A DNA stretch of 63,947 nt from Hydrolagus affinis (taxonomy: Eukaryota): positions 1 to 63,947 of the forward strand of contig JAAILG010001628.1 in assembly GCA_012026655.1 (NCBI GenBank). Direction: 5' to 3'. The translations under genes were made by a program, and so were the position numbers. Positions 11,257-24,700 of this stretch are shown here, in pieces; position 1 is the first letter of the stretch; each line of letters opens with the position of its first letter. The notes beneath the pieces are model-generated. The model ran no database searches, had not been told where the DNA came from, and was given only the letters and a program-made list of their open reading frames with translations.

Positions 11257-12519
11257 AATTATTATCGCCTAGTCAACATGGTGGGGCAAACCCACAACTT
11301 TCTGACTCATAGGTGAAAGACTTACCTACCAATTAAGTTTCAGTGAAGCCACGTCAGTACTGCTGAAACAATCGGTTTAAACCACACTTCATGACACTGC
11401 CAAATATGCGGTACATCCTGCAAGCTGTGGGTGTACCTTTACAAGAATGAAACTAGCCATTATCATTTATTATAATTAATTGAGCATTGAGACCATTCAC
11501 CTTTGGTGCACAGGTGCAAATAGAAATAACCCTCGTACTGTATTTGTTATACTAGCTTTCACATCCGGAAGATTCTCCCAACGTTTAACAAGATTATTGT
11601 AAAGTACAGTCACTGTGTAATTACAGGCAAAATGAAGTCCGGATACAGTCTCAATGCCCCAGTCTCTTTCTGGCTCTTATAATAATCTTTCCATTTTATC
11701 ACAATGTTGAGACGCCTCAAAGCACTTTATGTAAAATACAAGAACCACCACAAAAATGACATTTACATTTCTAGAGAGAGCCTTTCACATCGGGAGGACG
11801 TCCCAAGGCCCTGAATGAAAAATGAAACCACTGTGGACCAAACACAGTCCTAATTGAAAGTGGTTCAACAGTGACAAATTGTAACAAGCTTTATGACTGC
11901 CAGGAACTGGTCTGACTTTGGTCAAACATGTTTTGTGTAGGAGCCTGAGGCACAATTTGAAAGTAGTTTCTGCTGGGAGTGTCCTGGCCAACAACCCAAC
12001 AGATAAAACTGGTCATTCACTTCAAGGTGATGATCCTTGCATTTGGGACAGTACCTTTCACATCAGGAGGACGCCTCAAACCACTTCACAGGATACATCA
12101 TCAAGTACAATTAACTGGCTTCAGTGGGCGAACACGACTTTGAGGCTGTTAATAGGAAATGGGTTCAGAACTGGAATTCCCCAGGTGGAAGTGTCACAGA
12201 GACCACACCGACACACTCATATGACGCAGTGAATTAAACACATGGACAATTTGGATTGACACCACCACCAAATTTTTCCAATGAGGTTTGACTGGCTGTT
12301 TATTACATGACGTGACACACAGTCTGGCTGAGTATTAACAGAGGAATTTGAGTCAACAAATTCAGCTTTTAATAGCAGCTGGATGAGCTGGAGAACTTTT
12401 GTGGAGTTTTGATTATTGACGCCTGCCCAGATTGTTTGGGCTGAGCGGCTTCAACTAATTACTAATTAATTAAACTAACTGCCCATGCGGTTTAAACTAA
12501 TTCTTTCTCATATCCTGAG

Positions 12520-12925
12520 CATTCTCCTGCAGCAGTTAAACCTTACATCTGCGACCTCCTAACCCCCTACTAACCTGCCCGCCCCCTCCACTTATCAGGC
12601 TCTGGCCTACTCCATGTTCCCCAACCTACCCGCACAACCTCTGAAACTCCCATCCAGCAGTGCCTCCACCTCGACCCCTCCCTGGCCTCCTTCAAGTCCC
12701 ACGTCAAAACCCTTCTCTTCAATGGTCTCATTGGTCACCCCAAATCCCCCTCTTTCCCTCCACCCTCCCCAGCTTGGGTGTGAAACGACAAAATTGCACT
12801 TGTATAGTGCCTTTCGTCAGGAGAACGTCCCAAAGCACTGAAACAATGACTGTCCAGCGCCTTGGGACATCCTCCTGACGTGAAAGGTGCGATACAAGTG
12901 TCATTTTGTTGTTGTTGTTGTTGTT
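12520..12925 (+). mobile_element. L2-type LINE 3' fragment(s)
   Basis: ccttcaagtcccacgtcaaaacccttctcttcaat...gcgccttgggacatcctcctgacgtgaaagg plus a (GTT)n tail. Confidence 0.7.
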
Positions 12926-14249
12926 GTGTGAGTTCTCGCCTTTCAGTTATTTTATTAAATGCACCGGATAGTAAAAATTAACTTTCAGATCCAGATAGAA
13001 ATGTCCATTCTTATTTGAGTCCGTCCACTCGTTTTCCATCCACACCCCACCCACCAAGACCAAATAGCAAACTATTTTGGTCCATCTACCTCTTCAGATA
13101 GAAGAAAGGAGTTCTCCTGGGAGCCCAATCAGATCAGCCATTCACCTAAAGGCAATTTGTGGATCTTTATTTCCCAAATTACCGTAGTATTTGAAAATGC
13201 AAATTGTTTCGTAACTCAAGAGTACTGAGCTTCTCGGGGCATTACCCTCCACCCCCCATCTCAATGTGAAAGGCACTGGGTAAGTTTATATTGTTACCTG
13301 TCAAATAAAATTCAGTGAAATTCTATGTAGGTAAATTGGATTAAAAAATGGTTTCAAATTTGCTACAGTGGAGAATCAACAAAAACAAAACCACAACAAA
13401 ATGACATTTATAGAGCACCTTTCACATCGGGAGGACATCCCAAGGCGCTGAACAGTCAGGTTGGGACTTGAGCAAAGGGTAGGGGAGAGTTGAAAGAATC
13501 ATTGTATTAGGAACAGAATAATTACAGTCATCTCAGAAATCCACCCCACCCACTCCCCGAGCAAACTTTTAAAAAATCTTATCAACAAGGTTCACTCAGC
13601 TGGTTTCGAAGTTCAGTTGTCGTGTTATAGACCAACTCCACCTGATGAATCAGCTTTTAATCCTCCTCAGTGTTTTCATTACTTTATTACTGCAGTTAAT
13701 CAGCAATAAGTTACTCAGGGTGGCATGCACTTGATTGAGCATGTGTAACACTGAGCTGGCTTAGTATCTTTCGCCCACAAAATATATTCTGTGAAGCTCT
13801 TTGAGACAACAACAAAATTACATTTGTACAACGCCTATCACGCCTCGAAGAAGTGACAGGCACTATATCAAATGCAAGGTTTATTATTGGTAGTAGTACG
13901 GTAAGCCTTCACGATACAACAGGGATTTTAATAATTGAAATTCTAAATAGTTACAGCACTGGAGGCAACACTGAACGGTTGAGAAAAAGTGAAGACAGAA
14001 TGAAAAATAAAGCCAGCCAAACTCAACAGCTTGATTTGGATAGCAAAATATGGTGGGATTGGGTTTAGCTATATCTTCTTACAATGATGTCCTCTCCCAA
14101 TTCCCACAATGTAGGCTCACAGATGAAGAGGAAGGTAAGCAAAGTTGCTTGGTTGGTAGAATAGTACTGGTGAAAATAATTGCTCATTAGTGATAAAATA
14201 AGGGGTTCAGACATATTGGTGCTGATGGATGAAAAAAAATTGTTTAAAT

Positions 14250-17200
14250 GACTCACTGTTTGGAAAGTTTATTAAAGAAAAAGCTCACTGGAAGTTCACT
14301 AAAGTTAACAATTGTGCATTATACAAAGCAAACCTACTTCTTTTCATGACAGAATAATTAACAAGAATCTTGAGTTTTTTTTATACACATAGTAAATACG
14401 TGAATCCCATTTTCCTTAAAAATATGCAACTTGTGGTTAAAGTTGAAAAATACAGAGCTGAACTGCAACAATCTAGATTTGCTAAAAACATTTTTCCATT
14501 ATGATGGAAAATATATATTTTTACAGAAGCCCAAAAATCTGGTTATACAATGCTCTTTACTTGCCATAAACAGATTATTTTACAAATATTTCCCGATTCA
14601 ATTGCCCCAACATTTAGGAGGCAATTTTGACCCTGCAGGGCTCTTTGTAAAGAGCCAAAGTACAGTATATTGCAAAAGATGGCACTATGTTAGAGGTTAA
14701 CCTCACCCACAGCTAATAAAAGTTTTCACTTTTTGAGTTAACTAAACCTCTCCATTTGTATAAGCCAATGCAATCAAGTGTTATAAATCATAAGAAAGCA
14801 AGTTATTTGGAACACATTTAAACACCATTATAAATTTAAAAAATAGACCATTCCTTTTTATTTAAAAAGGTACCTTTTGTGAGTAAGATGTGCTAAATTA
14901 TACAAGCTGTACCAGTATTCAGTAATACAGTTGATAAATAGGGATAACACTGCATGAACATAAATAGGTCACAGAAAATCCAGGCAACTATGTCGAGAGA
15001 ATTCAATAAGCTGCAAAGAACTTTACGACCACCCTGATTTTGAGTAACCTCTTGTCTTAGGACTGGTACAATAACCTAAAGCAAGCAGCAAAACGTGTCG
15101 CTATTGATCTAGTGATTGACTGAAGTTTTGCATGAGGAAAGCTGTTGTAAAAAATAACATTTAATTTTCAGAAAGGTACTCGATACTAAATAAAAATGCC
15201 ACTTGCAAAATTCAGACAATTTTTGCTAATCAAGATAATGTGACAGGAACACATAGCAAAGGAAACCCACAAGAGGGGGGGAGGGGGAAATCACATGTCC
15301 CAATTTTGATTAAAATGATCACTTCCCTTTTTGATTATTTTTCTGCAACTTGTCATTTTCTGCTTATATAAGGTTACTCTGTTTGAATATTTAATGTGTT
15401 TCAATAACCATCTGTAGCTTCAGACTGAAATGAAAGAAAAGTGTAGCTAGTGAGGAGGAAATGGTCTCCAGTATATCTTTTCTTCATCCTCAGAATCTGA
15501 AAATGAAGATACAAATCATAGGGAGGCATTAAATGGGAACAGCGAGCTAAAAGGTCTACATGACCTAGACATCGTCTACAGTAATAAATACTATAAAATA
15601 TTATAAGGTCAGTTAATTCTATCAAATAAAACATTTATAATTAGAAATACACATTACATTAAAACTTTTGATACTTTAAGGGCAGACATCATATCAGACA
15701 CAAACCTATCATTACACACTTTCAGTATTAACATCACATACATTTATAGTCCCAAGAACGACAACGGTAAAGACTGAAACCATTTTGGAATCTGGCTGGC
15801 TGACAAATGTTTGAGAATCTTTCTGCTGATCGCTGTACAGGAAGACTGTGCTAGTTAAGTGGTTCGATGGCTATTTCTTACTCTGGTTGAATACATTACT
15901 TCTTTTTTTAAAAAAAGAGAAAAGTGGAGAACGCAACAATGGATGACTTTTGCCAGTATGTTAAGCTGGAATGAGAATCACACTCTCTCTCTTTCTCACT
16001 AGGTACTGAAGTTGTATGATCTAACTTTTCCAAACATTGCTGTCAACAACAATTCAATGAGATTCTGGCAGTAAGAAATGACAATGAGGTGTGGTAAATG
16101 GCAGGTATTATTCTTTCTAAGCCGTTTTCAATCCGCTGCAATAAAAGGCCCATGGAATTCTTGGAATATTTACAAAGAATTGTCAATTGATTTTAAAAAT
16201 ATTTGAATCTTAAAAAAATCTCGCATAATCCATCTTTTTTTGGTTAAAAAAAAGCATCTTACTCTGAACTCGCAGGCCTATCGATTTTGACCGGAAGTAG
16301 GTCAGTTTTCTACATACAGCTAGATAGAAAATATCCCACTCCTGTTGTCTGTAGGGGCAGAGTTTGGAAATGTCCTCTGCTCATTCTGTTCCCCTGAAGT
16401 CACTTCTCACCTTGAATCGGTTTCCCAAAACTTTAAAGCAACAAAACCCATTGTAGCACATCTCCCTTTGCAAATAAAAAAATATATAGAGAGTGGTCGA
16501 CTAGACAGAATAACCTCTTCAAAATGTCGTTACTATATGGAACGTGTTTGCTGGTTAAAGTCTAACCACTGTAATGCTAGTCACGGCACCAGCTCAGCGC
16601 TGTGCCTTCCTGTTTACTTGGGAGGTAAATATTTTTTAAAAAAAATTAAAAAAAATGCAAACTGTTCAAACAGCAAATATTTTGAAGTCACAAACAAAAG
16701 AAACTTACGCTACCAATCTCTTCACTCAAACCAAAAAAATTATATTAAATATATTCCCCACTTTACGTTGCTGCACTTCTCCCCCGTTCGACTGGCTGCA
16801 AATGTTGGAACTCATTTCAATAGTGTTTTACTGCATCCTCCCCATATATTTCAATTTATTCTAGGGTAACAGTCTGTTTCCCCACCCTGTAATCTTACAC
16901 TAGTGCAATCAATTTAAAATAGTGTGGCACAGACATCTGGAGAAAGTGGCTAAAATTTATCTCAAAGGCATGATTAGAAATTAAAACACAAACAACACTT
17001 TTTTTTCCCTCAAAGTAAGTAGTTTACACAGCATGACCGCTTGACGTAGCACCTTGGCAATCTACTGTAAATGTATATCAAGGAGGGGGAATACAGATGT
17101 ATAAGGCACACACAATGTGTTTGACGTGGCAGATTCAACCCCCGAAAGAGCTTAACAAAAATACTCAGGAAATGCTAACCTGGTTATACTTGTGAAAGTA

Positions 17201-18662
17201 CTTTAGAAAACGTTTTTGCTAAATCAGTGACATTTAAAGCAGCTGTATATTTTTATAATGCATAATAATTGGAGCTGCATTGGTACTGTTTCTTCTTCTT
17301 CTTCAGATTTTACAACTTAATATATAGGAATTCAATTATTCACATTAAAAAGTTCTTTATATGCCAAGTATTTCATGTCACATCCCAACACTCTTAGAAA
17401 AAAAAATGCTTCAAACCATCCATAATTTACAAAACCTCCAGCCAGCTGTTACACCAGAAACATTTCAGGCACATACAGTCTATCTTACCCAAACAATTAC
17501 ATTTCATTCAGGTCTGGTATTGCATTGCCTATGGACGTTTCACTGTCCACCTGTGTGAACGTACACAGTAGACTGATTAAACTGTAGGCCCAGCAGAGTA
17601 GAGGAACCAATATATATGAAAGCAGCTAAGCTGTGCTGGTGATGGGGAGGCAGCATTGCAATTCATTTGGCTAACATCTCAGATGGGTTACAACTGCAAC
17701 AGTATAAATGCTGTACATCTCCTGTACAAAGGTGCATGTCTTCTGTACAATGTTATGCCAGACAGAACCACTTCAATTATCCAGTACATGGCATTCAAAA
17801 GCAAATGCAGTGAAGTACCGACATAAATCATAGCCCCAAAGTATTCTCCAACGTGTAGCAGTAAAAATCCATTCACAATTCTGTTGCATCAACTGAACTT
17901 GAAAGTCACATCAGACTGGGGCAAGGCTGTTAACACAACTACTGTTTTTTGTATCTACAAAGAACCAGCAGTGCACATTTTTCTACTTTGGTAAATCAAA
18001 GTCAACTTCCTAGGTAGACTGCAGCATGCATTCAAGAAACAAATGTAGCTCTGAGCATGCGTTATATAAAGTGAGAGGAATTTCCTAATGCAGTCTCTTA
18101 CAATTGATTTTAAAAATAAAATACCCTGTGTTAATGTCGGATTTGACAAGAGAAAACTGAGCAAGATTCATAGGAAGAAAAACTCCCAATATTATCCTTA
18201 GAACAAGGACTGGGCACATAGGGGAATATGAAATGAGTACAGAACTATTACGAAATGTAAGTGCATCTAGATTTCATGCAGTAAACTTGGCTTATAGGTT
18301 TCTAAGCTGTGATTATTTCATTAGTGTAAATGTCGCTGATCATAGTTTACATGATTGTGAGCCTTCTTTCTGGGAGAGGCTTGATGAAGCTCTGGCGATT
18401 GAAAGCGTTTATGAAGAAATATAACGAAAGTATTAAAAATGTACGTTCTACAGATTTTATCCGCAAGATAAGTCACTGGTTTAAAAACAGTTTCATCGCT
18501 AATGTAACAGTTTTCATAATTTCTTTTGTTCTGTAAAACCAGGTCAGGATTTTATGCGCAATTTCTTTAAAAATATATATAGCAACAATGATGTGAAAGG
18601 TGTTCGAGGCAGCAAGAAAGAGGAAGAGTCTTCGGATCTCCAGTCCAACGTTTCCAAGTTCC
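14250..18662 (-). other. AFF4: Probable long AFF4 3' UTR (~4.4 kb)
   Basis: AU-rich on the minus strand, no recognisable TE copies, bounded by the stop codon and the AATAAA. Confidence 0.55.
14268..14273 (-). terminator. AFF4: Probable AFF4 distal polyadenylation signal
   Basis: TTTATT on + (AATAAA on -) near the end of the repeat-free block downstream of the stop codon. Confidence 0.5.
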
Positions 18663-18790
18663 TCAAGGTATTAGGCTAGCATCCAGTCGAAGCCAATGTA
18701 ATCCCTGGCGGGTGTAGCGTACCAGCTCAGTCATACTGCTGCTGCTAAATATCAATGGGTGCATCACTCTATCCAGCTCAGTAAAAAAGT
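18663..18790 (-). CDS. AFF4: AFF4 last exon (21)
   Basis: (D)[41 protein letters not shown]. Confidence 0.95.
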
Positions 18791-21700
18791 CTACAAACAA
18801 AACAAAGCAAAGTTTTAGTAAGCAACCTAAACTTTATTGGACTTGTGTCAATTTACTGAAGTAAATAGTAAAACATCTCAAAAAGAGCTTCACAGAATAT
18901 ACTGCATATTATGTGGGTGAAGCTCGGTAGCCAATTGCTCACAGTTGTGGATTGAGTGGCCAAATTATTATTATTATGGTCGGAAACCCGAAGCACACAA
19001 CATTTCTCATAACCACAGGAGATTATGGGCAGATTTGGGCTCCAGCCAGGCCCTTTATAAACAGAAATGCCCTATAACAGACTAAATTTCCAATGTGCTA
19101 TCTATGAGAATCAAAGTCAAATGATTTCTTAAAAAAAAGTACACTCAAAATAAATGGTGAGAATTTGTATAGTAGCATAATACTGCAACATAACATTGGG
19201 CACTGCCTCAGATAACCTACCTTTGTTTTCTTTCCCTAGCTGATCAGCTTGGTCCCACACCTCAGTGGCAAACAGAAAATTGGATGTGACTTGGACATAA
19301 CTAGCTGCCATCTGATGGATCCTTTGTGGAATTGTGACAGAGGCAGAAGAACTGCTGGAGGAAGAATTTCCCCCAGAGGAATAGTTTCCGGCAGTGCCTG
19401 GAGAGAGTTTGGGTGACACGGGAGATGGCGTGCCTGCAGCTTTGCTATCAAGAGAGATTAAAAGAATCATCGTTAATATACTTTTAACAGTAGCAAAGTG
19501 AAAATCAATCTTCAGTCTCAATCGCCTTTTTATGGGACTGTAATACTTGTTTTGTCCCCAAATATCTATCATTCTGATTATTCTGGGATATGGTTTTACA
19601 AAGGGGATGAGCAACCCTCAGTAACTTTTAGAAGAGTCTATCGTGTCAACAAGTGTGTCAGCTTAGCTCAGTGGTAGGACTTTTGTCTGAATCACAAGGT
19701 TGTGGGTTCAAATCCCATGTTGGGACTTGAACTCACAGTCTGAGCTGACACTCCAATGCAGTGCTGGGGGTGCGCTACATTGTCAGGTACTGTCCTTTGC
19801 ATGAGTGCAGTGACTGTATATTTTGCAGTTGAATTGTGAGCCAATCTACACACAGCAATGTTCCATAAACAGTCATCAAGTGAATGGCCAATTTTATTTG
19901 TGGGGTGGTTGGCTAAGACTTTCCCAAATCATTATCACATTTAGGAAGAAACTCCCTTCTCTTTTTGATTTGTGCTGTGGGATCTTTAACATCCCATTAA
20001 CGGGCAAAAGACATCTTTGTGTATTTGAAGGACGACATTTCCGAAAACACAATATTTATCCCCAGCACTGCAATGAAATGTCAGCTTAGATCAGGATCAA
20101 GGTCTCGTTAAGGAGCTTGAACTCACAGCGTTCTGACTTGAAACAAGAGTGCTACCAACTGAGTCACATATGACAAAATCCACACAACCCCAACCTCCCC
20201 AAAGGCTTGATGTTTATCTGTGATTTTGTGTAAGATAGAACATACGTTTAAATGATGCACAATAGAGAAATTACCTGCCCACACCAGGTGACTGAGCCTG
20301 AGCACTGTTATAGGAATTCTACAAAATGAAAAACAATTTTAGATCACAAAAGGAATGGCTTAGAGCAATCAAGTAAAACAAACTACAACAATAATGATCT
20401 GATTTACCTTGAGGTGTTCGGTCAATGTTTTGGAGTATTTTAGTGCACTGTCCTTCTTCAATTTAAACAGCCTCATGTACAAAAGTGACTGACATCGGAG
20501 ACTACAAACAAGGACATGCATTTTAATTAACAGACATTTCTACAACGTTAACTGAAGAGATTCCTAGACTGAAATTCTGGCTGGCGTTATACCTTGTGCC
20601 TAGGCAACCTTGACCTGCACTGGCATTTCCCCAAGTAAACCAAGTTAACATCAATCAAAATTTCAGCCAATTTACAGGTTAATCATTGTTTGATCATATG
20701 GTTGAAATCAAGCATGTAGAACTAGAGGGCATAGTTTAAAATCAGTTTAAACTCAGAGGTCCACAACAGAGAGAAGGAAATCTTTTTTTTCAGAGTGGTA
20801 AGAGTGTTGAATTCCCTTCCGCAGTCAGTTGTTGGGGCTCCACCCATATGCACATTCAAATGAGAATAAAGTTGAGGGATATGGGACGAGGGATAGGGTT
20901 GAGTATCGTCACTTGCGTGCAGTACAAAGAGTTCACTGGACGGGGTAGATGGCCTTATTTCAAAGCTGTACTGTTACTAAACTATCGCTGATTGGTAAAA
21001 GGTCCAAAAGAGTGACCTTATTATACAATACAATTTACATTTATATAGCGCCTTTCACATCAGAACATCTCAAAACGCTTGACACTGTTGGCTGGGCACT
21101 CAAGCTGGGGACTGGGAGCTGAAGAAGGAGGGGAATGGTGACCAAAAGAAGGTTAAATTCAAGCACACACCTTGACGTGTACTTTGACCATATTGGTATC
21201 AGAAACTACCATAAACAAGTTACGAACAACAATTTCACATGATCATGCAATGTATATGCACATGGATAACGTTTACTGTTGACACTTTTGATATAAACTG
21301 GTTAGTGCAAAGGCAATCCATCTATTTCAAAATAAATTTCCTCTGGTTCCAGCAGCAACTCTTAATTGTTCAGGGAAGAAGCTCAAACCTCATTAAGATG
21401 ATTCATGATGACAATTTTTGTCACCACGGGTTTATAAGGCTAAGACAGTACACAGAACACAGAAGGTTAAACGTACCACAGGACAGCCAGCTTTTTATCT
21501 GCTGCTGTAGCATCAGGCGCCATATGGTTCTTTAACTTCATAGTGTATCTGGAGAGAAGAAAATACAGATGGGACACTTTTTGGTTTGTGAAAACCTACT
21601 TAATTGTAATAAAACCTTGTAACATTGTAGAATTTACTTTTTAATAGAATACTGAAGCCTTAAATGTTCTCATACTTTGCAACATCCAGCGACACATTTT

Positions 21701-24700
21701 GTAAGCACTGAAGTGCTGAGTGGAGACTGCGAATGCATCTGGTCGTAAAACTGAGTAAGTGAAATAAAAGGCAAAACTGAGTTGCAAACCAAGTTAGAAG
21801 GGATTAAACAACGTCAGGGATATCAGACGGAAAATGGTTTATTTATATTCTAGCAGATATTCAACTCTGATCTAGGTGCTAAAAAAAGTAAAATGAATAA
21901 TAATAATAACCTGGTCACTTAATCCACGACTGTTTGTGGGACACTGCGTGCGCAATTGGCTGCCGCGTTTCACCCAAAAATATAAAGTCAATTCACTTTA
22001 CAGTATATTCTGTGAAGTGCTTTGAGACGTCTCGAAGAAGCGATAAGGCACTATATCAAATGCAAGGATTATTATTCAAAGCTTAATCAATTTTTTAGAA
22101 AGCGATTGTTTACTGCAATGAAGATTGTGTATTATAGTGAGTATGCCCATCAATACCCTGATGGGTACTTTTGCTACAAAGGAGGATTGAGCATCTTGTG
22201 GGTTAGAATTCCCTGGCACCAAGTTTTTTTTTTTGCACCCAATTTATCTGGCAATTCACTTCCCACTGCACATTGCTGGGGGAACATGGTGGAGTTTTCT
22301 TCCACTTGCTAGGCCAAAAATAGGGATGGTGATTTTGAACCATCTCCCATGGTTGATTTTCTGAGAATACAGTGATGTCTTTCGAACTAGACAAGGTTTA
22401 TTTCCAGATTAAAACCCATGAGATCTTGTGTGTGTGTGTGTGTATGTGTGTGTTTTGAGGTACAATGAGAAATGGCTTTTAGAATAAACAACAACAAAAT
22501 TACACTTGTATAGCGCCTCTCACGTCAGAAGGACGTCCCAAGGCGCTGAACTGTCACTGCTTCATACCCACGGTGAGGACTGGGGGTGGGGGAATGATGA
22601 TGATTATATCTCATCGCTCTGCATCTTTCTCATTGCAAACCAGTGTTAAGATCAGACATGTTGCTAGCTGTTGCTCTCAGTGATTTTACCTTTGAGAAAG
22701 TAGATATGTAGCAGACTAACTTTAAGTGAGAGAGATAGGAAATGGTTTACTATTTATTAAAGAAAACGTATAATGAAAATATCACAATACAAACAGTACA
22801 TCATTAACCCGTGCCCAACCTTGAAATCAATTAACCCAAGTAACATGCTTTTAAGCAGATAATGTGTGAGCTCACAGTCATTGTCTCACTTACTTGATAA
22901 GTTCTACAGTCTCGGCATACATGGGGAAAGGAGACTTGGCTTCTTGAGAATTTCGTTCCAAAGCGTTTCCGCACTCAATGAAAGATACAACGGCATCAAG
23001 ATAATACACTGCTTTTTCAAACCTGTCCGACTAAAAATGACAAAATAGTAGGGGATCAGCTCACAGCTCCAATAATAAACAAACTAAAACTAATATAAGT
23101 AACTTTTTAAAAAATATATTTAACAAGCGCTCAGAGGGACTATTCAACTAAAGGATGCTAAAAGCTAAGTACATATTTTGTACCATTCTTTGTCTAAATT
23201 GCTGAAGAAGCTCACTGGTTTACTATCACTATATGGTGATAGCCGATTCTACGTTGTAAAAGTAACTGATCAATCCCCATTACTGACGTAATTATAACAA
23301 GGAGACAGCCCAGGTTCCTAGGGTGTAAAGGATTTGTAAAGGGTCAGAATTTGTTCTCATTGTCAGTCAGGATGGCTTTAGATATAAATAAACTGGCAAA
23401 ATAGATTTCTATTTTTTTTTTAAAAATTAAGCAACATGTTGCCCCATTATTTCCTAATGTTCTTCCACTGAAAGTCCACAGTGTGACTGTCAACACATTG
23501 CATTGAACGGACATAAGTTTATCCGCAACATGCACTGTTCCGATGATTGCTTTACTGCTGTGGAATTGTAATGAGATCAGCAGACTCAATGCAAATTTAA
23601 AACAACCTCAAACATTTGATTTGAAGTTTGCTAAGCTGCCAGCACTAAGAACAGTTCAAGCCTGTCCTATGTAACTTTGGATCTCAAAGCTACAACACAT
23701 AAATGGCAGCTTTTCATAAAGAAAGAAGTCCAGCTCACACAAATGTAACTGAAAAGGGCAAATTGTATAACTTACCAGTGCATCTGCATTGTGCTTAAGC
23801 TTTTTTGCTTCCTGGAGATAATGATCTGCTGAATACAACCTAAAAGATTTTTTAAAAATATATAATTTCCAGGTTTTAAAGAACCACTGCTTCTCGCAAA
23901 GCAACACTACAAGGTGGTAGTTAGCAAGTTCACTTTGACAAGCATATGCATAACACTGCTTCACAACAATTCCTTAATATCTTTTCTAGGCTTTTAAATT
24001 TTAATTTGCTATTTTGAAAACTTTATCTTTACATATCTGCATCTGAGCAGCCTAAAGTCACAGGTTTATAAATATCAGTCTGAAGATTCAACAAAACAAA
24101 TTGAATAAAATTACATATTGAATATCTGATTTGGGAATTATGCAGCCACGTACAAAAGCAGAGATAAAAGGGAGGCAGCTTTGTGAGGACATAAAACACC
24201 TCTTATTTTTTCACCACTTCGTCAGACAGCTGTGGTGAGGTGAGACGCCAAACTGTAGCTCCAATACCTCCAAACTGTAGCAATGATGTTTTGGTTAGGA
24301 AACCCTGTAGACATTTTCCCTACAGACCAACGCCCTTGGGATTCAGCAATGTTACTCATCGCTTTTTAAAAATATCCCATTGTTAATAGGCAATAATGTT
24401 GCCTGTGTGGTTTAAATATAGAACGCCTCAAGCTGTGGGGCTTTTGGGAATGCCAATTTATCAGCTTGGAGTCCACAGCATGCTCTAACAATGCAGCACC
24501 TACAAAGATATTTTCCTATAAACATTAACTCTGATATTGTCCCCCATTACCAGTTGGAAATAGTATTTCAGGAGCAGTTAGTTGCTAATATTTTGCTTGC
24601 GTTTGTATACACAAACAATGTGGGAGGCAGAATGGAGCATTTAAGATGTGTATAGGTGTATATGTGCATTTATTTAAGAGCAAGATACTTCTAACTTTCT

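Noticed and set aside
12230-12520. Repeat-free, TAAT-rich stretch resembling a conserved enhancer
   Set aside because: Cannot be supported without cross-species alignment.
8422-14250. Possible second LEAP2 paralogue or another small gene between LEAP2 and AFF4 (including the Cys-rich ORF 9137-9334)
   Set aside because: No MTP(L/F)WR-like motif, LEAP2 Cys spacing or coherent exon chain found on either strand by eye.
16345-16869. 174-aa plus-strand ORF
   Set aside because: Non-ATG start, antisense to the AFF4 3' UTR, AT-rich composition and no recognisable domain.
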